From: Azospirillum sp.
Lineage (GTDB): Bacteria > Pseudomonadota > Alphaproteobacteria > Azospirillales > Azospirillaceae
Length of the DNA stretch: 64,000 nt
Direction: 5' to 3'
NCBI RefSeq assembly: GCF_035627195.1
Contig: NZ_DASPMG010000121.1
Coordinates: forward strand, 2,498 to 66,497
The notes under the pieces: model-generated
Told to the model about the DNA's origin: nothing
Seen by the model: the letters and a program-made list of their open reading frames with translations, nothing else
Database searches by the model: none
Shown here: piece after piece, positions 45,713-53,254 of the stretch
Layout of the letters: the number at the start of each line of letters is the position of its first letter
Numbering within the stretch: the first letter of the stretch is position 1
Translations under genes and position numbers: made by a program

Positions 45713-45773
45713 GTTCGACGTCCCCTCCACCCAACTTGATCGACCGGCAACGCCCTGCCGGTCGATTTTTTTT
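45713..45773 (+). ncRNA. Putative ~60-nt Crp-activated small RNA with an anti-Shine-Dalgarno-like UCCCCUCC segment
   Basis: Lies between the predicted promoter and an intrinsic terminator; no ORF inside. Confidence 0.5.
45739..45773 (+). terminator. Rho-independent terminator
   Basis: ATCGACCGGCA-acgccc-TGCCGGTCGAT followed by a T run to 45773. Confidence 0.8.
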
Positions 45774-45788
45774 GTGGCCCGGCTCACA
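45773..45788 (+). promoter_or_regulatory. Crp-type box TGTGG-cccggc-TCACA with -10 CACACT (45810-45815)
   Basis: Identical to the 29900 box; 21-nt spacing. Confidence 0.75.
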
Positions 45789-45851
45789 GCGCGCCCCCGC
45801 ACCCGCGCGCACACTGCCCTGCGTCCACTCCCTTCCCCGATGGAGATCCTC

Positions 45852-46130
45852 ATGCACAAGACGTTGCTCCGCCCATTGCTGCACTTGGGCGTCGCCGCCC
45901 TCTCCCTCGCCGCCGGCCACGCGCACGCCGCCACGCTGGGCGACCGCGTGACGCTCAACCCGCAGCCGATCCCGCCCGGCAACCTGTCGGCCGGCGCGCT
46001 CACCGGCATCCGCAAGCCGATCCCGCCGGTGTGCCTCAGCTGCCCGTCGGTCGGCTCCTTCACCCCCGGCGAAAAGCAGATGCTGAACCCCCAGCCCCTG
46101 CCGCCCCGCTGGCTGCTGGCCCCGCGCTGA
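45852..46130 (+). CDS. Small secreted protein with two LNPQP(I/L)PP motifs and a CxxC
   Basis: GGAG RBS; signal peptide ending AHA; LNPQPIPP...CLSC...LNPQPLPP. Confidence 0.7.
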   Translation: MHKTLLRPLLHLGVAALSLAAGHAHAATLGDRVTLNPQPIPPGNLSAGALTGIRKPIPPVCLSCPSVGSFTPGEKQMLNPQPLPPRWLLAPR

Positions 46131-46135
46131 CGGAA

Positions 46136-46168
46136 AAGGCCCCTCCCCGGACAGCGGGGAGGGGCCTT
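46136..46168. terminator. Hairpin terminator between convergent genes
   Basis: AAGGCCCCTCCCCG-gacag-CGGGGAGGGGCCTT. Confidence 0.65.
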
Positions 46169-46252
46169 CCTTATCGTGCCGTCCCGAAACGGAACGAGGG
46201 GCCCGGCGCCACCGGCGCGTCCGGGCCCCTCGCCGTTCTCCGGCCTTGCGGA

Positions 46253-46444
46253 TCAGTGCCGCAGGCCGAAGGCGCGGCCGGAGAGAGCGATGTCGCGGTT
46301 GAAGCCTTCCGCCACCCGGTCGTTGCCGTCGGAGGCGAGGCAGAGCGTGACGTTGATGGCGGCCAGGATGGCGTGGTCGATCTGCTCCGGACCGGCCCGG
46401 TGACGCTTGATGGCGTTCAGCGCGCGGGTGACGGACGGGGCCAT
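46253..46444 (-). CDS. Small hypothetical protein (63 aa)
   Basis: AGGAGAG RBS; MAPSVTRALNAIKRH...; has its own Crp-type promoter. Confidence 0.6.
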   Translation of the reverse strand: MAPSVTRALNAIKRHRAGPEQIDHAILAAINVTLCLASDGNDRVAEGFNRDIALSGRAFGLRH

Positions 46445-46532
46445 GGCGATCTCTCCTGGTCGGCTGGGGTTGGGGCGTCGGGTTGAAGCGTCGGTCGATG
46501 ACCACACCCTACCCCGCCCCGCCCTGCCCCGC

Positions 46533-46548
46533 TGTTGCCCGCGCCACA
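46533..46548 (-). promoter_or_regulatory. Variant Crp-type box TGTGG-cgcggg-CAACA with -10 TAGGGT (46511-46506)
   Basis: -41.5 geometry; predicted +1 begins ATCGAC like sister promoters. Confidence 0.62.
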
Positions 46549-46573
46549 GGTCCGCGCGGAAACCGCGCGTCGG

Positions 46574-47020
46574 TCAGACGGTCAGGTTCACCCGGCGCCC
46601 TGCCTTCAGGTCGGCCTTGGAGAAGAGCAGCCCGTCCTCGTACTGCCCGCGCGTCGGCGCATCGCGCCGTCCGGCGAAGCGCTCCACCGTGACCCCCGCC
46701 CCAAGGAAGTTGACGAGGTCCTGCACCCGGCCGTCCTTCGAATCCGTCTTCGGCTTCCATTTCTCGGCGATGCCGTGCAGTTCCGTCATGCCGTCCTGGT
46801 ACTGCACGGCGATGACTTCCCCGTCCTTCCGGATCAGGGAGTGCAGCTTCACGTCCCGGAAGCGGGCGATCTCCGACGGGTCGTTCAGGGCATTCTTTTG
46901 CGCCTGCAGCTCGCTGACGTTGCTGAACTTCGAAGGATCCGCCTGCATCGGCTTGAACGACGGCATGATGCGGCGCAGCGACGACACGGCGTTGCTCAGG
47001 GCCGATCCAAACTCCGTCAT
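46574..47020 (-). CDS. Hypothetical protein
   Basis: GGAGG RBS; 148 aa with typical codon usage; ends GRRVNLTV. Confidence 0.6.
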   Translation of the reverse strand: MTEFGSALSNAVSSLRRIMPSFKPMQADPSKFSNVSELQAQKNALNDPSEIARFRDVKLHSLIRKDGEVIAVQYQDGMTELHGIAEKWKPKTDSKDGRVQDLVNFLGAGVTVERFAGRRDAPTRGQYEDGLLFSKADLKAGRRVNLTV

Positions 47021-47266
47021 GACCTTCCTCCATCGCCGAACGATAGGTTCGGGGACAGAACTGCAACGGCCGCGCCACCACGGCCGGGAAAAGAATGCGT
47101 GCCTTGTCAAATGGATGAGCGATCACCGAATTCCGCCGGTGCCGCCTGGTCTGCGGCAGCCGGAATTTATTGCCCGCCAAGCGGAACTGTTTTCCCACCC
47201 CGGCTCCCCAGGCACGGAAACGCCTAGCGTCTGCTTGACGGCACTTGGCTCACTTTCCAAGAAATC

Positions 47267-47352
47267 GTCATGCCCGGGCCCAGTCCCGGGCATCCACGCA
47301 CCCCGACCAATCCAAGGAACGTGGATGGCCGGGACTGGGCCCGGCTATGACG
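47267..47352. repeat. REP-like element GTCATGCCCGGG...CCCGGCTATGAC
   Basis: Long imperfect inverted repeat of a type common in Alphaproteobacteria. Confidence 0.7.
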
Positions 47353-47438
47353 TATTCATATGAGAAATGAGCAGCACCGTGGAAAAGCAGTCAAACGGCC
47401 TCGAGGAAGCCAATCGGTTAGACTTCTATTTTCCCAAC

Positions 47439-47467
47439 AAAAAAAGGGGCCGTCCGAGGACGGCCCC
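47439..47467 (-). terminator. Rho-independent terminator
   Basis: GGGGCCGTC/GACGGCCCC stem with a T7 tail on the minus strand. Confidence 0.8.
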
Positions 47468-47494
47468 AAGTTCACGCCGGGGAGGGAAACGGGA

Positions 47495-47887
47495 TCAGCG
47501 GAACAGGCCGCGCGCGGCGCGGGGGTCGTCGAAGGACTTGCCGGATGCGGCGGCCTTGCCGGCGGCGCCGGGCTTGGCCGGGCCTTCGCGGCTGCCGCCG
47601 AACAGCAGGGCGCCCAGCTGCTGCTGCGACATGCCCTGCAGGCCGCCGGGCTGGCCGGCCCCTGCCTGACCCGGCTGGCCCGGCGCGCCGGGGCGCGCGG
47701 GGGCGGCCTCGTCCTTCTCGCGCTTGGCCATCCAGGGCGGGATCGTCTTTCCGCCGCCGGCCAGCGCGGCCATCATGGCGGGGTTCTCGCGCAGCAGCAC
47801 GCCGCCGGACTGCACCTCGAAGGCGGCGGCCGGGCCGGCGGCCAGGGTAGCGGCCAGGGTGGCGGCGAGGATCAGGGTGCGGCGCAT
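47495..47887 (-). CDS. Small secreted Gly/Gln/Pro-rich protein
   Basis: Signal peptide MRRTLILAATLAATLAAGPAAA; GGAG RBS. Confidence 0.7.
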   Translation of the reverse strand: MRRTLILAATLAATLAAGPAAAFEVQSGGVLLRENPAMMAALAGGGKTIPPWMAKREKDEAAPARPGAPGQPGQAGAGQPGGLQGMSQQQLGALLFGGSREGPAKPGAAGKAAASGKSFDDPRAARGLFR

Positions 47888-47948
47888 GGCGTGGTCTCCA
47901 AGGGTCGGCGTCGATGGGGGAAGGCTACGCGCCCCGCCCGGCGGCCGC

Positions 47949-47964
47949 TGTGAAGCGGCCCACA
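47949..47964 (-). promoter_or_regulatory. Crp-type box TGTGG-gccgct-TCACA with -10 TAGCCT (47927-47922)
   Basis: -41.5 geometry; predicted +1 = ATCGAC at 47915. Confidence 0.75.
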
Positions 47965-48181
47965 CCCACGCGAAAAATGCCGCCCGGACACGAAAACGGC
48001 GGCCGGTCCTTGTGGGACCGGCCGCCGCGTTTGACAGAATTCCTAGAGCGCGCCATGATGGGGACGATCCTGACCATCCCCTGCGCGCACGCACCTCCGC
48101 TCGAAAATGAACGGGGTGGCCGGATGCAACACATTGCCGAATGCGTTGCATCCCGTTGCATCCGGTTGCATTTCCCGGCGC

Positions 48182-48237
48182 CGGCCCAGTCAACCGGACC
48201 CGGTCAGTCGGGCCCAGTCAGTCGGACCCGCTCAGTC
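48182..48237. repeat. 4 x 14-bp degenerate tandem repeat overlapping a stop codon
   Basis: cggcccagtcaacc/ggacccggtcagtc/gggcccagtcagtc/ggacccgctcagtc. Confidence 0.7.
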
Positions 48238-48609
48238 GAGCTGCACGTCGACCCCGCCGGCGCGCACGTGCAGCTTGCCGTTGCGCTGCTCGACCGTGAC
48301 GTCCTGGCTGCCGGCGCCCTCCGGCCCCAGGGGCCAGGGCAGGCGCGGCGGCGCGGGGCGGGCGGCGGTGTCGCGCGAGGTGGAGCAGGTGGTCTGCCCG
48401 TTGACGGTCTGGCAGCTCAGCACCCCCGGCCCCTCCAGGCAGGTGGTCTGGCCGTTGACCGTCTGGCAGGCCAGCGAGCCCGAGCCCTGCGTGCACACCG
48501 TCTGCCCGTTCACCGTCTGGCAGGCCAGCGTGCCGGCGCTCGCCGTGGGCGGGGCGACGAACAGGAAGGCGGCGGCCGAAAGGGCGAAGGGGATGGCGTG
48601 GCGGAGCAT
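48232..48609 (-). CDS. Secreted protein with three CQTVNGQTxC repeats
   Basis: Signal peptide; GGAGG RBS; three 18-aa repeats. Confidence 0.75.
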   Translation of the reverse strand: MLRHAIPFALSAAAFLFVAPPTASAGTLACQTVNGQTVCTQGSGSLACQTVNGQTTCLEGPGVLSCQTVNGQTTCSTSRDTAARPAPPRLPWPLGPEGAGSQDVTVEQRNGKLHVRAGGVDVQLD

Positions 48610-48691
48610 GGGAACCTCCCTGGCTTTTGCATAGAAAAACACACCCCGGCCGGCCTGCGCGCGCAGACCGGCCGGGTCCTGTACCGAAGGG

Positions 48692-49192
48692 TTAGCGCTG
48701 GACGCCCAGCAGGCGCTGCCCGGCCGTGTTGCCGATGCCGGCGGCCACGTTGGTGCCGACGTCCACGTTGGTGGTGACCAGCGGCCCGCGGCCGGTGAAG
48801 TTCAGGCCGACGCCCACGCCGTTGCCCTGGTGGCCCAGAACCGTCTGGCCGGCCGTGTTGCCGATGCCGGCGGCGACGTTGGTGGAGGTGCCGACGTTGG
48901 TGCTGACCAGCCCGCCGAAGGGCGAGCCGCCGCCCTGCACGCCCAGGTTCTGCTGGCGCGCGGTGTTGCCGATGCCGGCGGCGACGTTGGTGGAGTTGCG
49001 CACGTTGGTGCTGGCAAGGCCACCGAAGGCGGCGGCGCCGCCGAACGGCGCGCCCTGCACGCCCATCACGCGCTGGCCGGCGAAGTTGCCGATGCCGGCG
49101 GCGGCGTTGTTGGCGTTGCCGACATTCTGGGCCATGGCCGGGGCGGACAGCAGGAACACGGCGGCGGCGGCGAGCAGGGAGCGACGGATCAT
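48692..49192 (-). CDS. Secreted repeat protein A (four NxAAGIGNxAxQ repeats), amyloid-like
   Basis: AGGAGG RBS; signal peptide; four imperfect repeats. Confidence 0.8.
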   Translation of the reverse strand: MIRRSLLAAAAVFLLSAPAMAQNVGNANNAAAGIGNFAGQRVMGVQGAPFGGAAAFGGLASTNVRNSTNVAAGIGNTARQQNLGVQGGGSPFGGLVSTNVGTSTNVAAGIGNTAGQTVLGHQGNGVGVGLNFTGRGPLVTTNVDVGTNVAAGIGNTAGQRLLGVQR

Positions 49193-49273
49193 AGCGGTAA
49201 ACCTCCTGGTTGGGTGCCGGGTGCCCCGGCGTTCATCGATGGACGGACCTTACGCCGCCGTGCCCCGGCCTTC

Positions 49274-49289
49274 TGTGAGGTGGCCCACA
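49274..49289 (-). promoter_or_regulatory. Crp-type box TGTGG-gccacc-TCACA with -10 TAAGGT (49252-49247)
   Basis: -41.5 geometry; predicted +1 = ATCGAT at 49240. Confidence 0.75.
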
Positions 49290-49361
49290 TCCGGCCACCG
49301 TTTCTCCGCCACCGCGTTCTTTCCCGGATCGGTCTTTCCCGGATCGGCGGGCCTGCAGACG

Positions 49362-49393
49362 AAAAACCGGCCGGAAGCGGGGCTTCCGGCCGG
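49362..49393 (-). terminator. Rho-independent terminator
   Basis: CCGGCCGGAAGC/GCTTCCGGCCGG stem plus T5 on the minus strand. Confidence 0.72.
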
Positions 49394-49427
49394 AAGTCAG
49401 GATGGAGCTGTCGAAGAGGGGTGGTCG

Positions 49428-49907
49428 TCAGCGCTGGACGGAGAAGAGGCTCTGCCCGGCGAAGTTGCCGATGCCGGCGGCGGTGTTCTGCCCGTTCAGC
49501 ACGTTGGCGCCGAAGGGCGAGCCCTTCTGGAAGACCGTGCCGTTCTGCACCGCCTTGTTACCGATGCCGGCCGCCGTGTTGCCGAGGACGGCGGTGTTGG
49601 AGCCGCCCAGGCCGACCATCGGCGCGGCCACCGCGCCGGGGGCGCGGAGCATGGGGTTGCCGCCGGCCGACTGCTGGTTCAGCACGCCCTGCTTGGCGAC
49701 GTTGCCGATGCCGGCCGCGGTGTTGTTGATGGTGGCGGTGTTGGTGCCGCCGAACAGCCCGCCGCCGGACTGCTTGTTCATCACGAACTGCCCGGCCACG
49801 TTGCCGATGCCGGCGGCCGTGTTGTTGACCGACAGCGTGCTGTCGGCCAGCGCCGGACCGGCGAGCAGGGCGAGCGTGGCGGCGGCGAGAAGCGAGCGAC
49901 GGATCAT
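49428..49907 (-). CDS. Secreted repeat protein B (four NTAAGIGNxAxQ repeats), paralog of A
   Basis: AAGGAG RBS; same MIRRSLLAAA start and VQR end as protein A. Confidence 0.8.
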   Translation of the reverse strand: MIRRSLLAAATLALLAGPALADSTLSVNNTAAGIGNVAGQFVMNKQSGGGLFGGTNTATINNTAAGIGNVAKQGVLNQQSAGGNPMLRAPGAVAAPMVGLGGSNTAVLGNTAAGIGNKAVQNGTVFQKGSPFGANVLNGQNTAAGIGNFAGQSLFSVQR

Positions 49908-49979
49908 GGGGGATCTCCTTGCAGGATCAGGGTCTGGGGTGTCGATGCCCAGACCCTACCCGTCCCCCGCCGCGCCGGA

Positions 49980-49995
49980 TGTGAACCGGCCCACA
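49980..49995 (-). promoter_or_regulatory. Crp-type box TGTGG-gccggt-TCACA with -10 TAGGGT (49958-49953)
   Basis: -41.5 geometry; predicted +1 = ATCGAC at 49946. Confidence 0.75.
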
Positions 49996-50027
49996 GTTTC
50001 GGGCCGTTTCCCGACGCCCGCCCGACG

Positions 50028-52022
50028 TTACGCCGCGACCTCGATCGGGCGCAGCCCGGTGGTGATGCGGCGGAACTCCTGAAGGAAGAGGTCGGCCGTG
50101 CGCGGGTCGGCCTCGAACTTCACGCGCAGGCCGTCGTCATCGGCGGCGACCACGCGGAACGGCAGCATCACGGCGCAGCCCTGGATGGACAGCGTGCCGC
50201 GCCCGCCGGCGTTCCACCCGTCGGCGCCGCCGATCACCGCGCCGCCCTCCGACAGGTTGCGCACCTTGGCGCTGGTCTGGCCGGCCGCCCCCGACAGGCT
50301 GCACGGCAGGTTGACCGCGAAGCGCGGCAGGCGGCGGCGGTCGACCTCGGGCGTGGAGGTGCGCACGGCGCGCACCAGCGACTTGCGCAGCATGTCGATG
50401 CTCTGCGCCACCTCGGTGGCGACGGCCCGCACCTCGTCGGCGCGCGAGCCGGTGATCGCCGCCTCTTCGGAGACGTGGGCGATGCGCGTCGACACCTCCT
50501 GCGCGGCGGCCGCCGTCTGGCCGACGTTGCGGGAGATCTCCTGCGTCGCTGCCCCCTGCTGCTCCATGGCGGCGGCGATGGTGCCGGCCACGGTGTCGAT
50601 CTCGCCGATGGTGCGGCCGATCTCCTGCACCGCGCCGACGGCGGTGCCGGTCATGGTCTGCAGCTCGTGGATCTGGCGGGTGATCTCCTCGGCCGAGCGC
50701 GAGGTCTGGGTGGCGAGGTTCTTCACCTCGTGCGCCACGACGGCGAAGCCCTTGCCGGCGTCGCCCGCGCGGGCCGCCTCGATGGTGGCGTTCAGCGCCA
50801 GCAGGTTCGTCTGCGCGGCGATGTCCTGGATGAAGGTGGCGACGTCGCCGATGTGGCCGATGGCGTTGGACAGCGCCACCACCGCGTCCTCCGTGCGCTG
50901 GCCGTCCTGCACGGCGCGGCGCGACACCTCGCTGGCGAAGGCGACCTGGGTGGAGATCTCGCGGATCGAGGCGGTCAGCTGCTCGGTCGCCGAGGCCACG
51001 GCCTGCGCGTTGCCCAGCGCCTGCCCCGCCGCGGCGGCGACGCTCTGCGAGTCCGACGACACCTGGACGGCCGAATGGGCCATCGCCTGGGCGTTGGCGT
51101 CCATCTTGTCGGAACGCTCGGCCACGCGGTCGACGGCGGCGCGGGTCTCCTCCTCCACGGTGGCGGCCATGGATTCCAGGGCGGCGATCTTGGCGGCCTC
51201 CGCCTCGCGGCGCTCGCGCTCCTGCGCGGCGCGCAGGCGCTCGTTCTCCAGGCCCTTCTGGCGGAACACCTCGACCGACTGCGCCATGGCGCCGATCTCG
51301 TCCTTACGGTCCAGGCCGGGGACCGTCACGTCCAGGTTGCCGTCGGCCAGCACGTGCATGGAGTCCTGAATGCGGCCGAGCATGCGGAACTGGCGGCGCA
51401 CCATCAGCAGCATGGCCAGCGTGACGACAACGGTGACCACGGCGGCCAGCGTCGTGGTGCTGCCCACCACCTCGTCCACCACCTTCAGCGCGTCGGCCTT
51501 CTTCAGCCCGACGAAGAGGATGCCGACCACCTCGCCGTTGCGGTCGAACAGCGGGTCGTAGGCGGTGAAGTAGGCCGCACCCAGGATGTCCGCCTCGCCG
51601 CGGAAGGGTTCCTTCTTCGTGAAGATCGAATCGTAGACCGGGCCCTTGGCCAGCACGGTGCCGATGGCGCGGCTGCCGTCGGCGTTGCGCACGTTGGTGG
51701 CCACGCGGCGGTCGCCCATGAAGATGGTCGCGACACCGCCGTTCAGGCTGCGCACCGCGTCGACGATGTCGTTGGCCTCGTTCAGCCGATAGGTGCCGAC
51801 GAAGAGCGAGCCGTTCTCCAGCCGGAACTCGTCGCCCTTCTGCTGGACCAGCATGTGGGCGGTGGAGATGGCCTGCTCGCGCCGCTCCAGCGCCTCGGCC
51901 CCGATGCGGTCGCGGATGATGGAAACAGTGGCGCCGGTGAGCGCCCCGGCCAGGACCAGGAGCCCGAACGTGCACAGGATGGTAAGCTTGGCGGCCAGGC
52001 TCAGCCTGTTCAGGAAGGTCAT
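50028..52022 (-). CDS. Methyl-accepting chemotaxis protein (Cache sensor, HAMP, MA domain, C-terminal PilZ)
   Basis: [13 protein letters not shown]...G.RAIGT (Cache), [24 protein letters not shown]; PilZ motifs RRRLPR and NLSEGG. Confidence 0.92.
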   Translation of the reverse strand: MTFLNRLSLAAKLTILCTFGLLVLAGALTGATVSIIRDRIGAEALERREQAISTAHMLVQQKGDEFRLENGSLFVGTYRLNEANDIVDAVRSLNGGVATIFMGDRRVATNVRNADGSRAIGTVLAKGPVYDSIFTKKEPFRGEADILGAAYFTAYDPLFDRNGEVVGILFVGLKKADALKVVDEVVGSTTTLAAVVTVVVTLAMLLMVRRQFRMLGRIQDSMHVLADGNLDVTVPGLDRKDEIGAMAQSVEVFRQKGLENERLRAAQERERREAEAAKIAALESMAATVEEETRAAVDRVAERSDKMDANAQAMAHSAVQVSSDSQSVAAAAGQALGNAQAVASATEQLTASIREISTQVAFASEVSRRAVQDGQRTEDAVVALSNAIGHIGDVATFIQDIAAQTNLLALNATIEAARAGDAGKGFAVVAHEVKNLATQTSRSAEEITRQIHELQTMTGTAVGAVQEIGRTIGEIDTVAGTIAAAMEQQGAATQEISRNVGQTAAAAQEVSTRIAHVSEEAAITGSRADEVRAVATEVAQSIDMLRKSLVRAVRTSTPEVDRRRLPRFAVNLPCSLSGAAGQTSAKVRNLSEGGAVIGGADGWNAGGRGTLSIQGCAVMLPFRVVAADDDGLRVKFEADPRTADLFLQEFRRITTGLRPIEVAA

Positions 52023-52258
52023 CGCTCGGGAACTCCGCTCATCGGTCGGTACGCGCGCGTTCATATACCCGCAGTACGCGAACTATAAGCATAAAATTTG
52101 CGACAAACTGAAGCATGCTTGCGCGGCGTGGCACACAAAGCACACGCACCCGAAGGAACGCCTCGCATCGGCGGGAAAAGCCAACTATATGTATTGCTTA
52201 GTCAACAAAGGATTGGACCGCACCGGACGCGGCAACCGGTCCCCGAGGGAGGTTCGAG

Positions 52259-53122
52259 ATGTCCAAAGCCCTGCGCATCTTCCAGGGCTCGTTCGGCCGC
52301 GTGGCCCTGCTCGACATGGACGGCGCGCTGATCCACCACGCGCACCCGCACTGCCACGTGCTGATCAAGGCGTCGGGCGCCGACACCTTCTTCGCCGTGC
52401 GCGACCGGCTGCACCCCTTGCGCGACGACACCGCCGTGCTGGTCAACACGTGGGAACCGCACTCCTACGCCCACCAGCCCGGTGCGCCTGCCACCACCAT
52501 CCTGGCGCTGTACATCGAGCCGCGCTGGCTGGCCGACATGCAGCGCGACTTCACCGCCTGCGCCAACCCCGGCTTCTTCCCGCAGTCCTGCGGCGACCTG
52601 ACGCCGCACATCCGCCGGCTGGCCGACCGCATGGCGAACGAGCTGCTGTTCACCGACGAGGCCGGCGAGCGGCACGAGCAGGCGCTGATGGACCTGATGG
52701 TGGCGGTGATCGACCGCTTCTCGGAGTGGCGTTCGCTGCGTGGCGCAGGCATCGCGGCCCGCCTGCCGGCCAGCGACTTCCGCGTGCGCAACGCCGTGCG
52801 CTACATGCGCTCCACCCTGGGGGAGGAGTTCAACGCCGACAAGGTGGCGCAGGCCGCCGGCCTGTCGCGCGCCCACCTGTTCCGCCTGTTCCACAGCACC
52901 ATGCAGATCACGCCGGCCTTGTACTTCAACGTGCTGCGCATGGAGACCGCCATCGGCGCACTGGCCGACGGGGGCGAGAGCGTGACCACCCTGTCCGACC
53001 GCCTGGGCTTCGCCGCCCCCAGCCACTTCACGCGCTTCTTCCGCAACAACCAGGGCGTCACGCCCACCGAGTACCGCCGCGTGGTGAACCTCGTCGACCG
53101 CGCCGTCCCTGGCCCGGCGTAG
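52259..53122 (+). CDS. AraC-family transcriptional regulator (cupin N-terminus)
   Basis: HAHPHCH cupin; AGLSRAHLFRLF; LGFAAPSHFTRFF...GVTPTEYRR. Confidence 0.9.
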   Translation: MSKALRIFQGSFGRVALLDMDGALIHHAHPHCHVLIKASGADTFFAVRDRLHPLRDDTAVLVNTWEPHSYAHQPGAPATTILALYIEPRWLADMQRDFTACANPGFFPQSCGDLTPHIRRLADRMANELLFTDEAGERHEQALMDLMVAVIDRFSEWRSLRGAGIAARLPASDFRVRNAVRYMRSTLGEEFNADKVAQAAGLSRAHLFRLFHSTMQITPALYFNVLRMETAIGALADGGESVTTLSDRLGFAAPSHFTRFFRNNQGVTPTEYRRVVNLVDRAVPGPA

Positions 53123-53254
53123 GGGGCCCGGCGTAGGGGGCCCGGCGTAGCGGGCGCGGCGCAAAATGAGACTGTAGGGTAAATCCCGACACCCCCTGGT
53201 AACAGGGGTCGGCGCCATCCGCGCTAGCCTTCCCGCATTCGGGAGGAAGGCTCA

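Noticed and set aside
48692-49907. Repeated GTTGCCGATGCCGGC DNA resembling a CRISPR array
   Set aside because: Repeats are in-frame codons for AAGIGN with irregular spacing; no cas genes
48726-52088. 1120-aa plus-strand ORF
   Set aside because: Antisense shadow of the repeat genes and the MCP in high-GC DNA; no motifs, whereas the minus-strand genes have RBS, signal peptides and promoters
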